From Nanobdellota archaeon (GTDB lineage: Archaea; Nanobdellota; Nanobdellia; CSSed11-243R1): a DNA stretch of 53,966 bases. This document shows, piece by piece, positions 1 to 9,632 of this stretch. Numbering within the stretch: the stretch's first letter is position 1; each line of letters opens with the position of its first letter. The notes under the pieces are model-generated. The model was not told the DNA's origin, searched no databases, and saw only the letters and a list, made by a program, of their open reading frames with translations. The stretch covers positions 1 through 53,966 of the forward strand of contig JAGGWW010000012.1 in assembly GCA_021163365.1 (NCBI GenBank). Direction: 5' to 3'. A program made the position numbers and the translations under genes.

Positions 1-134
<134 letters not shown>

Positions 135-200
135 TCATATAAAAATATTTTGTAACTGGAAAGTTTATAAATTATGTATCCTTTTTAAGAAATGATATAA

Positions 201-1298
201 ATGAAGTACTCTGATGCTGGAGTAAATAATCAATTGGGAAATGAAGCATCTAAGATTCTTTATGAAGCAGCAAAGAAAACATGGAAAGTGAGAAAAAACA
301 AGCTAGGAGAGGTAATTACGCCAAATGATGATTTTTCTGGTATTAGATATATCAATGTAAGCAATCTACCTAAAGGAACAGTTATGAACATAAACTTTGA
401 TGGTATTGGAACAAAAGTAGAAATCGCAGAAAGACTTGGAAAATACAACACACTTGGGTTTGATTTAATTGCAATGGTTTGCGATGATGCTGTAGCGCGT
501 GGTGGAGAACCAGTACTTGTTGGAAGCATTCTTGATGTAAATTCATTAGACATTGAAATAATAAAACAAATAGCAGAAGGATATTTAAATGCAGCTGCAG
601 AAGCTGGTGTAGCAATAGTAAACGGCGAATTAGCACAACTTGGAGAAAGAATTAAAGGGTATGGAAAATTCAATCTAAATTGGGGTGCTGCTTGTGTTTG
701 GTTTGCAAAACAAGATAGATTGCTTCCGAAAAAATTAGAAGAAGGAGACTACCTTGTTGGATTAAAAGAGTATGGATTACGTTCTAATGGGTTTTCGCTT
801 GCAAGAAAAATTCTTAAAGAAAATTATGGAGATGAATGGCATGAAGAGTGCGATGCAGAATATATTGCAGATTGGCTATTAACACCATCAACAATTTACA
901 CAAGGGCAATTGTTGAAATGTTTGGTGGAGTGTTTGACGAGCCAAAAGCAGATATAAAAGCATTTGTGCATGTAACTGGCGGTGGAATTCCAGAAAAGCT
1001 TGGAAGGATTTTAAAACCAACTAAATTGGGTGCGTACATAGAAAAAATAGAAGTTCCACAAAACTTTAGAAACTTACAAGCTATTGGTAAAGTGTCAGAT
1101 GAAGAAGCTTATAAAACATGGAACATGGGTGTTGGTGGAATTGTTATAACAGAAAATCCTAACGATGTAATTGATATTGCATATAAGCATGGAATTAATG
1201 CATATAAAATCGGATATTTAACAAAAGATGATTATATTTTTATTGAAAAAGGAAATGGCGCAGAAGAAAAGTATGGTTTACGATTTAAAATAAGATAA
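201..1298 (+). CDS. purM: phosphoribosylformylglycinamidine cyclo-ligase (AIR synthetase)
   Basis: 365-aa ORF with N-terminal YSDAGV plus DGIGTK and DLIAMVCDD motifs and the overall PurM N/C domain layout. TTTATAAA box about 30 nt upstream. Confidence 0.85.
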   Translation: MKYSDAGVNNQLGNEASKILYEAAKKTWKVRKNKLGEVITPNDDFSGIRYINVSNLPKGTVMNINFDGIGTKVEIAERLGKYNTLGFDLIAMVCDDAVARGGEPVLVGSILDVNSLDIEIIKQIAEGYLNAAAEAGVAIVNGELAQLGERIKGYGKFNLNWGAACVWFAKQDRLLPKKLEEGDYLVGLKEYGLRSNGFSLARKILKENYGDEWHEECDAEYIADWLLTPSTIYTRAIVEMFGGVFDEPKADIKAFVHVTGGGIPEKLGRILKPTKLGAYIEKIEVPQNFRNLQAIGKVSDEEAYKTWNMGVGGIVITENPNDVIDIAYKHGINAYKIGYLTKDDYIFIEKGNGAEEKYGLRFKIR

Positions 1299-1336
1299 TC
1301 ATAAGGTTTTTAACTTTTAACAATTTCTAAAATCAC

Positions 1337-1570
1337 ATGGCATACAAAATAATCTTGCCTGACAAATCTGAAATGCGTTTTAATGACAAGGATGGAGCTA
1401 TGAAAGCTGCAAAAGAAAATGCAACAAAGTTAAACAAGGTTATTTCTGTGCATGTGGAAAACAATGGAGACTGGGAACAAGTAGCACTTGTTTACCCAAA
1501 TGGATTTGTACAAGAAGGGACAGGCGGTTTTGGATTTTTTAAGAGATTACCTGTTGGAAGAAGAAGATGA
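1337..1570 (+). CDS. hypothetical small protein
   Basis: 77-aa ORF whose stop overlaps the next start (ATGA). No recognisable motif. Confidence 0.4.
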   Translation: MAYKIILPDKSEMRFNDKDGAMKAAKENATKLNKVISVHVENNGDWEQVALVYPNGFVQEGTGGFGFFKRLPVGRRR

Positions 1571-2070
1571 AAAAAATAATTAAAAAAGCTGTTGTTTACG
1601 CACGAAAGCGCAGAAAAGGAGTTGCATTTATAGTATTCTTCTCATTTTTAATTTCATTTATATTATCTCGCTCATTTGTAATTTTAACTAATGATAAATA
1701 TAGCTTAATGATAAAGGGGTATGAAATACATCACTTAGTTCTTGGCATAATCTTACTTTCAATTGGAGGCGCAATTGGAATAAGTTACAGAAATGGTTTT
1801 ATTAGAACAGCTTCAGTCATCTACGGTGCAGGGCTTGGATTAATAGCTGATGAATTCGGGCTTTTAATTACCTGGGGTGATTATTGGAGTAGATTTGCAT
1901 ATGACTTTGCCTTAATAATTACATTAATCTTTTTGAATATACTATTTTTCTCAAACTTTTGGAGATTTGTAGGAAGGAAAACAATTCTCCCAATGGTTGA
2001 AAGGATTGAAAAAAGATGGGATGCGTTTGTAAAAAAAGCAGAAGAAGAATACAAACATTGGAAACATTAG
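1567..2070 (+). CDS. hypothetical membrane protein
   Basis: 167-aa ORF with several hydrophobic helices, translationally coupled to the upstream ORF. Confidence 0.5.
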   Translation: MKKIIKKAVVYARKRRKGVAFIVFFSFLISFILSRSFVILTNDKYSLMIKGYEIHHLVLGIILLSIGGAIGISYRNGFIRTASVIYGAGLGLIADEFGLLITWGDYWSRFAYDFALIITLIFLNILFFSNFWRFVGRKTILPMVERIEKRWDAFVKKAEEEYKHWKH

Positions 2071-2115
2071 ACAACACCCTAAAGAATAAAAAGAACATTT
2101 TTCATCTTTAGTTTT

Positions 2116-3984
2116 ATGGAATTATTTCCTTTTGATAAGATTAGAGAAGTACAATCAAAGATGATTAGTGATGTTAAAAAAGCATTAGAAGAAGGAAAAC
2201 ATTTAATTGCTCATGCACCAACTGGTTTAGGTAAAACAGCAGCGTCTGTTTCTCCTTCTTTAAGTTATGTTCTTGAAAATGGTGGAACAATAATATTTTT
2301 AACACCAAAGCATACACAGCATCAAATAGTAATTGAAACACTCAAGAAAATAAAAGAAAAGCACAAGGTAAAAATAAATGTAACAGATTTTATAGGAAAA
2401 AGGTGGATGTGTCTTGTTCCTGGAATTCAAGCTTTAAGCACAAGAGATTTCTCAGAATACTGCAAAGAAGCAAAGCTTGAAGAAAGATGTCCTTTTTATA
2501 ACAATGTTTGGAAAAAAACAAAGTTAACACAAGAAGCAAAAAATGTTGTTGGTGAGTTAAAAGAAAAATCGCCGTTGCATGTTGAAGAAGTTATTTCTAT
2601 GTGTGCAAAAAAAGAGATGTGCCCTTATGAAATTTCTTGCTTGCTTGCTAAAGATTCTAACTTTATCATCGCTGATTATTACCACATATTTCACCCACAT
2701 GTAAGAAATGCATTTTTAATTAAAACAAACAAAAGACTCTCAGACTCCATAATAATTGTTGATGAAGCACAAAATTTACCTAACAGAATAAGAGAAGTCC
2801 TCTCATCAAGGATGTCGAACTTTTCTTTAAACAGCGCAATAAAAGAAGCAAGAAGGTTTAATTACATAGACATTGCAAACAACATATCTTATCTTTTAGA
2901 CATACTAAACGAATTAGCAAAAGATTTACTTAAAGAAAAAGAAGAAGCATATATATCAAGAGACGAACTAATAGAACTTATCTCAAAAGTAATTGGAGAT
3001 TATGAAGAGTTTGTTGGCGACTTATTGCTAATAGGTGAACAAATTAGAACTGAAAACAAAAGAAGCTTTGTTGGAAGCATTGGTTCATTTTTACAAGATT
3101 GGTTAACAGAAGAGGAAGGATACACAAGAATAGTGAGAAGAAGCGTATTTAGAGATAAAGAAAAAATTGAGATAATTTTAAGATGTCTTGACCCAGGAAT
3201 ATCTTCAAAAGAACTTTTTGAAGAATGCCATTCTGCCATACTCATGAGCGGAACATTAACACCAACAAGAATGTATAGAGATTTATTAAAAATGGAAAAA
3301 GAAAGAACAATTTGCGCTGAATATCCAAATCCATTTCCAAAAAAGAATAAGTTAACACTTATAGTCCCAGAAACCACAACAAAGTTCACAAGAAGAAAAA
3401 AAGAAGAGTTTGAAAAAATAGCAGATTGGTGCGCGAAAATAGCAAACGCAATACCTGGAAATGTTGCTTTGTTCTTCCCTTCTTATAAATTAAGAGATGA
3501 GGTTTTAAAGCACTTTGAAAGAAAAAGCACAAAAAGCATATTCTTAGAAAGACAAGGCATGAGCAAAAAAGAAAGAATGGATTTATTAAACCAATTTAAA
3601 GAATATTCATCAATCGGTGCTGTGTTTCTTGGAATAGTGAGTGGAAGTTTTGGCGAAGGAGTGGATTTACCTGGAAAGTTTTTAAATGGTGTTGTTATTG
3701 TTGGTGTGCCATTAGATACGCCTGATTTAGAAACACAAGCTTTGATTGATTACTATGACAAGCTTTTTGGCGCTGGTTGGAACTACGGATACATTTATCC
3801 AGCAATGAACAGAGCAATACAAGCATGTGGTAGAGTTATAAGGTCTGAAAATGATAGAGGTGTTGTAGTGCTCCTTGATGAAAGATTTGTTTGGAAAAAT
3901 TACTTTAAGCTGCTTCCACTTGACTGGAAAATAACAGTTACAAAAGAGCCAGTTCGCAGAATTAAGGAGTTTTTCAAGCACTAA
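2116..3984 (+). CDS. xpd: XPD/Rad3-family superfamily 2 DNA helicase
   Basis: Walker A AHAPTGLGKT and a DEAQNL helicase II box. A cysteine-rich insertion between them (MCLVPG, EYC, ERCPF, MCPYEISC) is consistent with the FeS domain. The 622-aa length is typical of archaeal XPD. Confidence 0.8.
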   Translation: MELFPFDKIREVQSKMISDVKKALEEGKHLIAHAPTGLGKTAASVSPSLSYVLENGGTIIFLTPKHTQHQIVIETLKKIKEKHKVKINVTDFIGKRWMCLVPGIQALSTRDFSEYCKEAKLEERCPFYNNVWKKTKLTQEAKNVVGELKEKSPLHVEEVISMCAKKEMCPYEISCLLAKDSNFIIADYYHIFHPHVRNAFLIKTNKRLSDSIIIVDEAQNLPNRIREVLSSRMSNFSLNSAIKEARRFNYIDIANNISYLLDILNELAKDLLKEKEEAYISRDELIELISKVIGDYEEFVGDLLLIGEQIRTENKRSFVGSIGSFLQDWLTEEEGYTRIVRRSVFRDKEKIEIILRCLDPGISSKELFEECHSAILMSGTLTPTRMYRDLLKMEKERTICAEYPNPFPKKNKLTLIVPETTTKFTRRKKEEFEKIADWCAKIANAIPGNVALFFPSYKLRDEVLKHFERKSTKSIFLERQGMSKKERMDLLNQFKEYSSIGAVFLGIVSGSFGEGVDLPGKFLNGVVIVGVPLDTPDLETQALIDYYDKLFGAGWNYGYIYPAMNRAIQACGRVIRSENDRGVVVLLDERFVWKNYFKLLPLDWKITVTKEPVRRIKEFFKH

Positions 3985-4406
3985 TTTTCTTTAAACAATT
4001 TTAAACATTCCATTCTTAGGACTTTTTTCTTTAGTTTTATCTTATTTCCGCCTCTTTTATTAAGAAATTCAGCAGTAACTTTAATTTCTGGAAAACCAAA
4101 TTTTATGGAATCTCGCAAAGTTGCACCATAAACGATTTTAGAAATATTAGTAATCCAGGCCATATAAAAACACATTGGGCATGGTTCGCAAGTAGTATAA
4201 AGTGTACATCCCTTAAGTGTTTTTGTTTTTAGTTTTTTGCAAGCTTTTAAAATTGCTTGGGTTTCAGCATGAAATCTTGCATCGCCTTTAGGTCTTTTTC
4301 CTGCTTTGGCAATAATTTTATTATTTTTTACAACCACAGCACCAAAGCGAAGCCCATATTTTTTGGCATCTCCAATTGCCTGTTTCATAAAATATTCATC
4401 ATCCAA
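3981..4406 (-). CDS. CMP/dCMP-type zinc deaminase (TadA/guanine deaminase-like)
   Basis: HAE...CEPCPMC zinc-binding signature in a 141-aa protein. Confidence 0.75.
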   Translation of the reverse strand: MDDEYFMKQAIGDAKKYGLRFGAVVVKNNKIIAKAGKRPKGDARFHAETQAILKACKKLKTKTLKGCTLYTTCEPCPMCFYMAWITNISKIVYGATLRDSIKFGFPEIKVTAEFLNKRGGNKIKLKKKVLRMECLKLFKEN

Positions 4407-4417
4407 TGGAAGATCAC

Positions 4418-5329
4418 CTATTTGATTTCAATCTTATCAAAGTCATTTGCAGTTTCAACATTTTTGAAAATCTTTTGAGCTTCTTCCTTTAGTTTTGAAA
4501 CATCTGGATATCTTTGAGAAAAATGTGTTAAAATTAATTTCTCAACCTTTGCCTTTTTAGCTAACTTTGCCGCTTCCTTTGCAGTCATATGTGTATACTC
4601 AATTGCTTTCTCCTCTAATTCCTCTGAAAAAGTACCTTCTGAGATAAGCAGCTTTGCACCTTTTGCAATTTTTTCTAACCCTTTAAAATAAATTGTATCA
4701 GTAACATATGCAACCCTTTTATCAGGAGTTAGATAAGTTCCTTTTTCTGGTGTTATCTTCTTCCCTTTGTAAACAATTGTTTCACCCTTTTGTAGCTTTC
4801 CAAGAAGAGGGTGTCTAACAAGTCCAAACTTCTTGGTATACTCTATGTTTATCTTTCTCCTTCCTTTTTCAATAAAAGCATAACTTAAACATGGAACATT
4901 ATGTTCAACTTGCATTGCTTCAAAGGCAAATCTTTCTTCATCAATAATTCTCTTTACAACGCCTTTCTTTATCTTTATCTCATTAACCTCAATCTTATAC
5001 GTTAAACCAAAAGCAAAGGTTTTCAGCAAGTGATAAACTCTCTCGTTTGTTCCTTCTGGACCGTAAATAACTAACTTTCTTTTTCTTCTATTTGCTGCTA
5101 AAGATTGAATTATGCCACCTAAACCAAGAGAATGGTCGCCATGCCAGTGTGTTATGAAGATGTAATCAAGTTTTGTTGGGCTTATTCCAGCTATTCTCAT
5201 TTGCCTTTGGGCTCCTTCTCCACAATCAAATAAAAATCTTACATTCTCATTTCTAACAAAAATGCAGGGATGTGCTCTTTTCTTTGTTGGAAACATGCTT
5301 CCAGTTCCTAAAAAGACAATCTCAATCAT
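4418..5329 (-). CDS. rnz: ribonuclease Z (tRNA 3' endonuclease)
   Basis: Metallo-beta-lactamase fold with an HWHGDH motif, N-terminal FLGTGS, and the 303-aa short-form RNase Z length. Confidence 0.85.
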   Translation of the reverse strand: MIEIVFLGTGSMFPTKKRAHPCIFVRNENVRFLFDCGEGAQRQMRIAGISPTKLDYIFITHWHGDHSLGLGGIIQSLAANRRKRKLVIYGPEGTNERVYHLLKTFAFGLTYKIEVNEIKIKKGVVKRIIDEERFAFEAMQVEHNVPCLSYAFIEKGRRKINIEYTKKFGLVRHPLLGKLQKGETIVYKGKKITPEKGTYLTPDKRVAYVTDTIYFKGLEKIAKGAKLLISEGTFSEELEEKAIEYTHMTAKEAAKLAKKAKVEKLILTHFSQRYPDVSKLKEEAQKIFKNVETANDFDKIEIK

Positions 5330-5381
5330 GAAAATAAAAAGAATTGTAAAATTTAAAAAGGATTAGATTTTACTCAAAAGC

Positions 5382-5579
5382 ATGCCAAAGTGCGAGATTT
5401 GTGGAAAGAATGTAAAAGAAGTGTTTAAGTGCAAAGAATGTGGAGCAAAGTTTTGCAAAAATGATGGAAATGTAGATGCGTTGTTATGCAGATATTGCGA
5501 AGAAGAAATGCAAGAAATGATAAGAGAAGAAAGGGAAGTGATGGACGACATTCAAGAAATAGAACAAGAAACGGATTAA
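5382..5579 (+). CDS. small zinc-finger protein with acidic tail
   Basis: CEICGK...CKECGAKFC...CRYC cysteine pattern followed by a glutamate-rich C-terminus. 65 aa. Confidence 0.5.
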   Translation: MPKCEICGKNVKEVFKCKECGAKFCKNDGNVDALLCRYCEEEMQEMIREEREVMDDIQEIEQETD

Positions 5580-5588
5580 CTTCTGAAA

Positions 5589-7133
5589 ATGGAATTAAAA
5601 ATATCTAACAAATTTAGTATTGATGCAAATAAGTTAGTTAGTGGAAGAATCTGCGTAATAGGACAAAGTGGTTCTGGGAAAAGCTATGCTGTTGCTGTAA
5701 TATGTGAAGAGCTCGCAAAAAATGGAATTGGGTTCTGCATCATAGACACAGAAGGCGAATACTTTAGTTTAAAAGAAAAGTATCCATTGCTGTGGGTTGG
5801 GTTAGATGAAAACAGCGACATAAACATACAAGAAATTGATTTAAATCTCTTAGCTAAGAAATCAATTGAAAAAAACATACCTGTAATCCTCGACATCTCA
5901 GAAGTTGCAAATCCAATTGAAATAGTAAAAAAATTTGTATCAGCAGCGTATAAAATTGAAAGCAGTTTGAAACAACCATATCTTATAATAATTGAAGAAG
6001 CTGATAAGTTTGTGCCTCAAAAAGGGGAGTACATAAAAGAAATTGAAGAAGTTAGCAAAAGAGGTAGAAAAAGAGGGCTTGGCTTAATAATTGCAACACA
6101 AAGACCAGCTTCTGTAAATAAAAATATTCTATCACAATGTAACATTCAACTTATAGGAAGATTAACAATTAAAAATGATATAGATGCAGTTAAACACTTT
6201 TTTCAAAATAAAGAAGATTTAGAAAAGTTACCAGAACTAAAACCTGGAGAATTCTTTGTTAAAGGTGAAATTGCATCTCCAGAGATAGTAAAAATTAGAA
6301 AAAGAGAAACAAAACATAAAGCAACAACACCAAAGGTTGTTCAAAAGAAAATTGATAACAAAGAATTAACTAAGGTTAAAAAAGAATTAACAGAAAAAAT
6401 AGAAATCCCAGAGGAAGTAACTGTACTTTGTGTTGAGCCAAAGTTAGATAAAAATGAAGCTGTTGCAAAGATAAAAAAATGGATTAGATTATTTAAAAGA
6501 AAATCCCTGATTTCAAATGTTAATCTCATACTTAAGCCTATTTATGAATGTGAAATAAAATATCTAAGGAAAAGACTAATGTTAAGAGATTTTGTCACAA
6601 TTAAAAGTTATTTTGATGGAATAAGTGGAGCAGTTCTTTCTCTTGCAAAAGGATATCATAAAATTTGCAATCTTCACGAATTTATTGGATTAAATCAAAA
6701 TGACATCGAAGTCTTTAAAGAACTAATGAAGAAAAAGTTGTCAACCTTAGAATTAGCTCATAAGTTAAAACGTTCACCAGAAGCAATTAGGCTTTCATTA
6801 AAAAATCTTATTTCAAAAAACTTAGTTAGAAGCAAAAGAATTGGAAGGTCGCAAGTATATTTTGTATTTACAAAAGCGCGATTACCAAGCATGAAAAAAT
6901 TATCACAAAAAGAAGTAGAGATAAAGAGAATGAAATTAAGAGGGATAAAACTTGAGGCAAAAGTTAAACCAAAAGATATCTCACCAATTGTAAGAGGAAT
7001 TTATGAAAAAGCTGATATTGTTAAAGAAAAACTTATCTACTATCCAATTTACAAAGCTTTAATATTAAAGGGAAAAACACAAAAAACAATTTACATAGAT
7101 GCTGTAACTGGAAAAAGAATCAAAAAATTCTAA
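5589..7133 (+). CDS. HerA/DUF87-like P-loop ATPase fused to a C-terminal winged-helix region
   Basis: Walker A GQSGSGKS, Walker B LIIIEEADKF, and the RGRKRGLGLIIATQRP arginine-finger region typical of HerA/FtsK-like ATPases. The C-terminal roughly 230 aa contain a wHTH-like stretch (STLELAHKLKRSPEAIRLSLKNLISKNLV). Confidence 0.6.
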   Translation: MELKISNKFSIDANKLVSGRICVIGQSGSGKSYAVAVICEELAKNGIGFCIIDTEGEYFSLKEKYPLLWVGLDENSDINIQEIDLNLLAKKSIEKNIPVILDISEVANPIEIVKKFVSAAYKIESSLKQPYLIIIEEADKFVPQKGEYIKEIEEVSKRGRKRGLGLIIATQRPASVNKNILSQCNIQLIGRLTIKNDIDAVKHFFQNKEDLEKLPELKPGEFFVKGEIASPEIVKIRKRETKHKATTPKVVQKKIDNKELTKVKKELTEKIEIPEEVTVLCVEPKLDKNEAVAKIKKWIRLFKRKSLISNVNLILKPIYECEIKYLRKRLMLRDFVTIKSYFDGISGAVLSLAKGYHKICNLHEFIGLNQNDIEVFKELMKKKLSTLELAHKLKRSPEAIRLSLKNLISKNLVRSKRIGRSQVYFVFTKARLPSMKKLSQKEVEIKRMKLRGIKLEAKVKPKDISPIVRGIYEKADIVKEKLIYYPIYKALILKGKTQKTIYIDAVTGKRIKKF

Positions 7134-7377
7134 GCTCAGCGCATTCATCACAAATAGCTTTCTTTATATCACCATGCTCAGCACAAAAGGACCTTTTACA
7201 ATATTTACAAAACCTTAAAGTAGAATCTGTTGTATGTGAACCAACTTCACAAAGCTTAGAAGCAACAATGTTGCTCATCCTAACCATTTCCTTATATTCT
7301 TCTTGAGCCTTCTTAATAAGCTCTTTTGCTTCTTCTTCATAGCTTTTTTGCCACTCTGATACCATGTAATTCGTCAA
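7120..7377 (-). CDS. small AN1-like zinc-finger protein
   Basis: C-terminal FCKYCKRSFCAEHGD...CDEC pattern in an 85-aa ORF convergent with the ATPase gene. Confidence 0.5.
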   Translation of the reverse strand: MTNYMVSEWQKSYEEEAKELIKKAQEEYKEMVRMSNIVASKLCEVGSHTTDSTLRFCKYCKRSFCAEHGDIKKAICDECAELRIF

Positions 7378-7500
7378 ACCCTTTTAGTAAATAAATTTAT
7401 TGTTAAAATATTAGTAAACTTATTGTAGAACGAAGAAAAGTTGCAAAGCAATTTCGTTATCTTTTGTTAAGATAGTGCATGTTTAGCATCTAACGAAATC

Positions 7501-7508
7501 TTTAAATA
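7501..7508 (+). promoter_or_regulatory. TATA box upstream of pyrB
   Basis: TTTAAATA lies about 32-39 nt upstream of the proposed ATT start, and AGAAGGG (SD-like) sits 5 nt before it. Confidence 0.4.
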
Positions 7509-7539
7509 TAATAACTTCCCTTGATTCAGAAGGGTTACC

Positions 7540-8478
7540 ATTAAAGGATTACACATTTTAGAAATTCAAGAACTTCCAAAAGAATTCTTTCTTGAGTTAT
7601 TTGAATTAGCTAGGGACATAGAAAAAAATCCAGAAAAGTATTCGCACACTTTAGAAGGAAAAGTTGTTGCAACACTTTTCTTCGAGCCAAGCACAAGAAC
7701 AAAAGATAGTTTCATTTCTGCTGTTGAAAAATCAGGAGGAAAGATTATAGGGTTTGACTCTGTCCAAGGTTCAAGTGTTAAAAAAGGAGAAAGCTTAGCT
7801 GACACAATTAGAATGTATGCTGGCTATTCTGATTTAATAGTAATAAGGCATAGCAAAGATGGCGCAGCAAGGCTTGCATCTGAATATTCCATAAAGCCAA
7901 ATACTGGAGAAATAGTGCCTGTAATAAACGGTGGTGATGGACAAAATCAACATCCCACTCAAACAATGCTCGATTTATACACAATAGAAAAAGAATTAGG
8001 AAAACTTAAAGGTTTGCACATTGCTTTGGTTGGAGATTTAAAATATGGAAGAACAACGCATTCCCTTCTTTTTGGCGCAGCAATGTTTGGAATGGAGATA
8101 AGCTTAGTTGCCCCACAACAAATCCAGATGCCAGAAAAGCACTTAGTAAAAGTAAAAGAACTTTATGATGTAAATCCAAAGTTTCACAATTCCATTGAGG
8201 ATATTATTTCTGATGTTGATGTTTTATATATGACAAGAATACAAAAGGAAAGATTTCCAGATATAAATGAATATAGAAAAGTAGCTAATGCGTTTGTACT
8301 TAATTCGAAGCTAATGGAATTAGCAAAGGAAAAAATGATAGTAATGCATCCATTACCAAGAACAAATGAGATAAAACCAGAAGTAGATAAAGATAAAAGA
8401 GCGGCATATTTCAAACAGGCTGAAAATGGTGTTCCTATAAGAAGAGCTTTAATGTATAAGGTTTTGGAAGTGGTATAA
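7540..8478 (+). CDS. pyrB: aspartate carbamoyltransferase catalytic chain; start codon non-canonical (ATT proposed)
   Basis: The frame is open from 7525. The 96 codons upstream of the first ATG (7813) encode clear ATCase sequence (FFEPSTRTKDSF, SSVKKGESLADTIR), and HPLPR lies downstream. No ATG/GTG/TTG occurs between the TGA at 7522 and 7813. Confidence 0.75.
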   Translation: MKGLHILEIQELPKEFFLELFELARDIEKNPEKYSHTLEGKVVATLFFEPSTRTKDSFISAVEKSGGKIIGFDSVQGSSVKKGESLADTIRMYAGYSDLIVIRHSKDGAARLASEYSIKPNTGEIVPVINGGDGQNQHPTQTMLDLYTIEKELGKLKGLHIALVGDLKYGRTTHSLLFGAAMFGMEISLVAPQQIQMPEKHLVKVKELYDVNPKFHNSIEDIISDVDVLYMTRIQKERFPDINEYRKVANAFVLNSKLMELAKEKMIVMHPLPRTNEIKPEVDKDKRAAYFKQAENGVPIRRALMYKVLEVV

Positions 8479-8984
8479 TGCCAGAAGAACTAAAAGTAAG
8501 AAAAATTGAATGTGGTGTTGTATTAGATAAGCTTCCACCTTTCACATCAATAACCGCACTAAAAATACTCGGGCTTCCTTACAATAGACCTGAAAATAGC
8601 TCAGAGTATGTAATAATTCCCTTAATGAATGTGGAAAGCAAAAGCATGGGAAGGAAGGATATATTGAAAATTGAAGGTAGTAGAGACTTATTTTCATTGG
8701 TTGAAAAAAAGAGCGGTGCTTTGGCTTTAATCTCTGAAGAGATTATGATTAACATAATAGAAGATTGGAAAGTAGTGCAGAAATACCACCCAAATGTACC
8801 AAATCATATAATTGGGTTAGTAAATTGTCCACATTACAACTGTATCACTAATAAGTCAAAGGAAGGGAATGACAACTATTCAACCAAATTTGAAGTAATC
8901 CAAAGAATGCCTTTAGAAATAGAATGCATCTATTGCCATACAAGACTAAAAAGAAGAGAAATACTTGAAAATTTGATTGTTTAA
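8478..8984 (+). CDS. pyrI: aspartate carbamoyltransferase regulatory chain
   Basis: Coupled to pyrB (TAATG overlap). Has the N-terminal allosteric domain pattern and a C-terminal zinc domain (CPHYNC...CIYCH). Confidence 0.85.
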   Translation: MPEELKVRKIECGVVLDKLPPFTSITALKILGLPYNRPENSSEYVIIPLMNVESKSMGRKDILKIEGSRDLFSLVEKKSGALALISEEIMINIIEDWKVVQKYHPNVPNHIIGLVNCPHYNCITNKSKEGNDNYSTKFEVIQRMPLEIECIYCHTRLKRREILENLIV

Positions 8985-9043
8985 ATTCTTCAAAATTTTT
9001 CTTTTTAAGAAGATTTAAATAAACAAACAAGCTTAATATATCC

Positions 9044-9628
9044 ATGGTTGAACCAATGAAAGAAGAGGTATGCAAAGATTTATTAGAAACACTAAATGAA
9101 ATAAAAAAAGCATTAGAACTTTTAGATGCTGATGAACTTAGAAACTTAAGCGACCACACAATCCATTGTTCTGCCATACATCAAGAAAAAAGAGCAATTT
9201 ATATTGCAATAATCACGTATTCGCTAAGCAAGATAATAGCAAAAGAAACAATTAGAAAATATCATGAAGAAGAATTTAATGATTTCATAAAAGGTGTGTC
9301 AGAAAATTTAAACGCTTTAATAGATTTTCTTAAAAAAAGAGATTTTGAAAAAGTTGAAGAAATGATAAAAAGCATATTAAAGGCAATTGCTGAGTTTGAT
9401 AAGTCTTTTGGAAAATATGCGCAACATGTTCTTGATTTTGCAAAAATAAAAAAAGGAGCAAAGATTTACGAGCATGGTTTATCCTTATCAAGTGTTGCAA
9501 AAATGCTTGGCATATCAAAATGGGAGCTTATGGAAAAAGTTGGTGAAACAAAACTTCATGAAGAGATTGTGACACCATTAAGCGTGAAAAAGAGATTTGA
9601 AAGATTAAAAAAACTTTTAAAAGAGTGA
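9044..9628 (+). CDS. hypothetical helical protein with C-terminal HTH (possible antitoxin-like partner)
   Basis: 194 aa with an HTH-like LSLSSVAKMLGISKWELMEKVG near the C-terminus. Lies 4 nt upstream of the PIN-like gene. Confidence 0.45.
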   Translation: MVEPMKEEVCKDLLETLNEIKKALELLDADELRNLSDHTIHCSAIHQEKRAIYIAIITYSLSKIIAKETIRKYHEEEFNDFIKGVSENLNALIDFLKKRDFEKVEEMIKSILKAIAEFDKSFGKYAQHVLDFAKIKKGAKIYEHGLSLSSVAKMLGISKWELMEKVGETKLHEEIVTPLSVKKRFERLKKLLKE

Positions 9629-9632
9629 TAAA

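Noticed and set aside
7566-7805. 79-aa minus-strand ORF
   Set aside because: It is antisense to the clearly conserved N-terminal half of pyrB.
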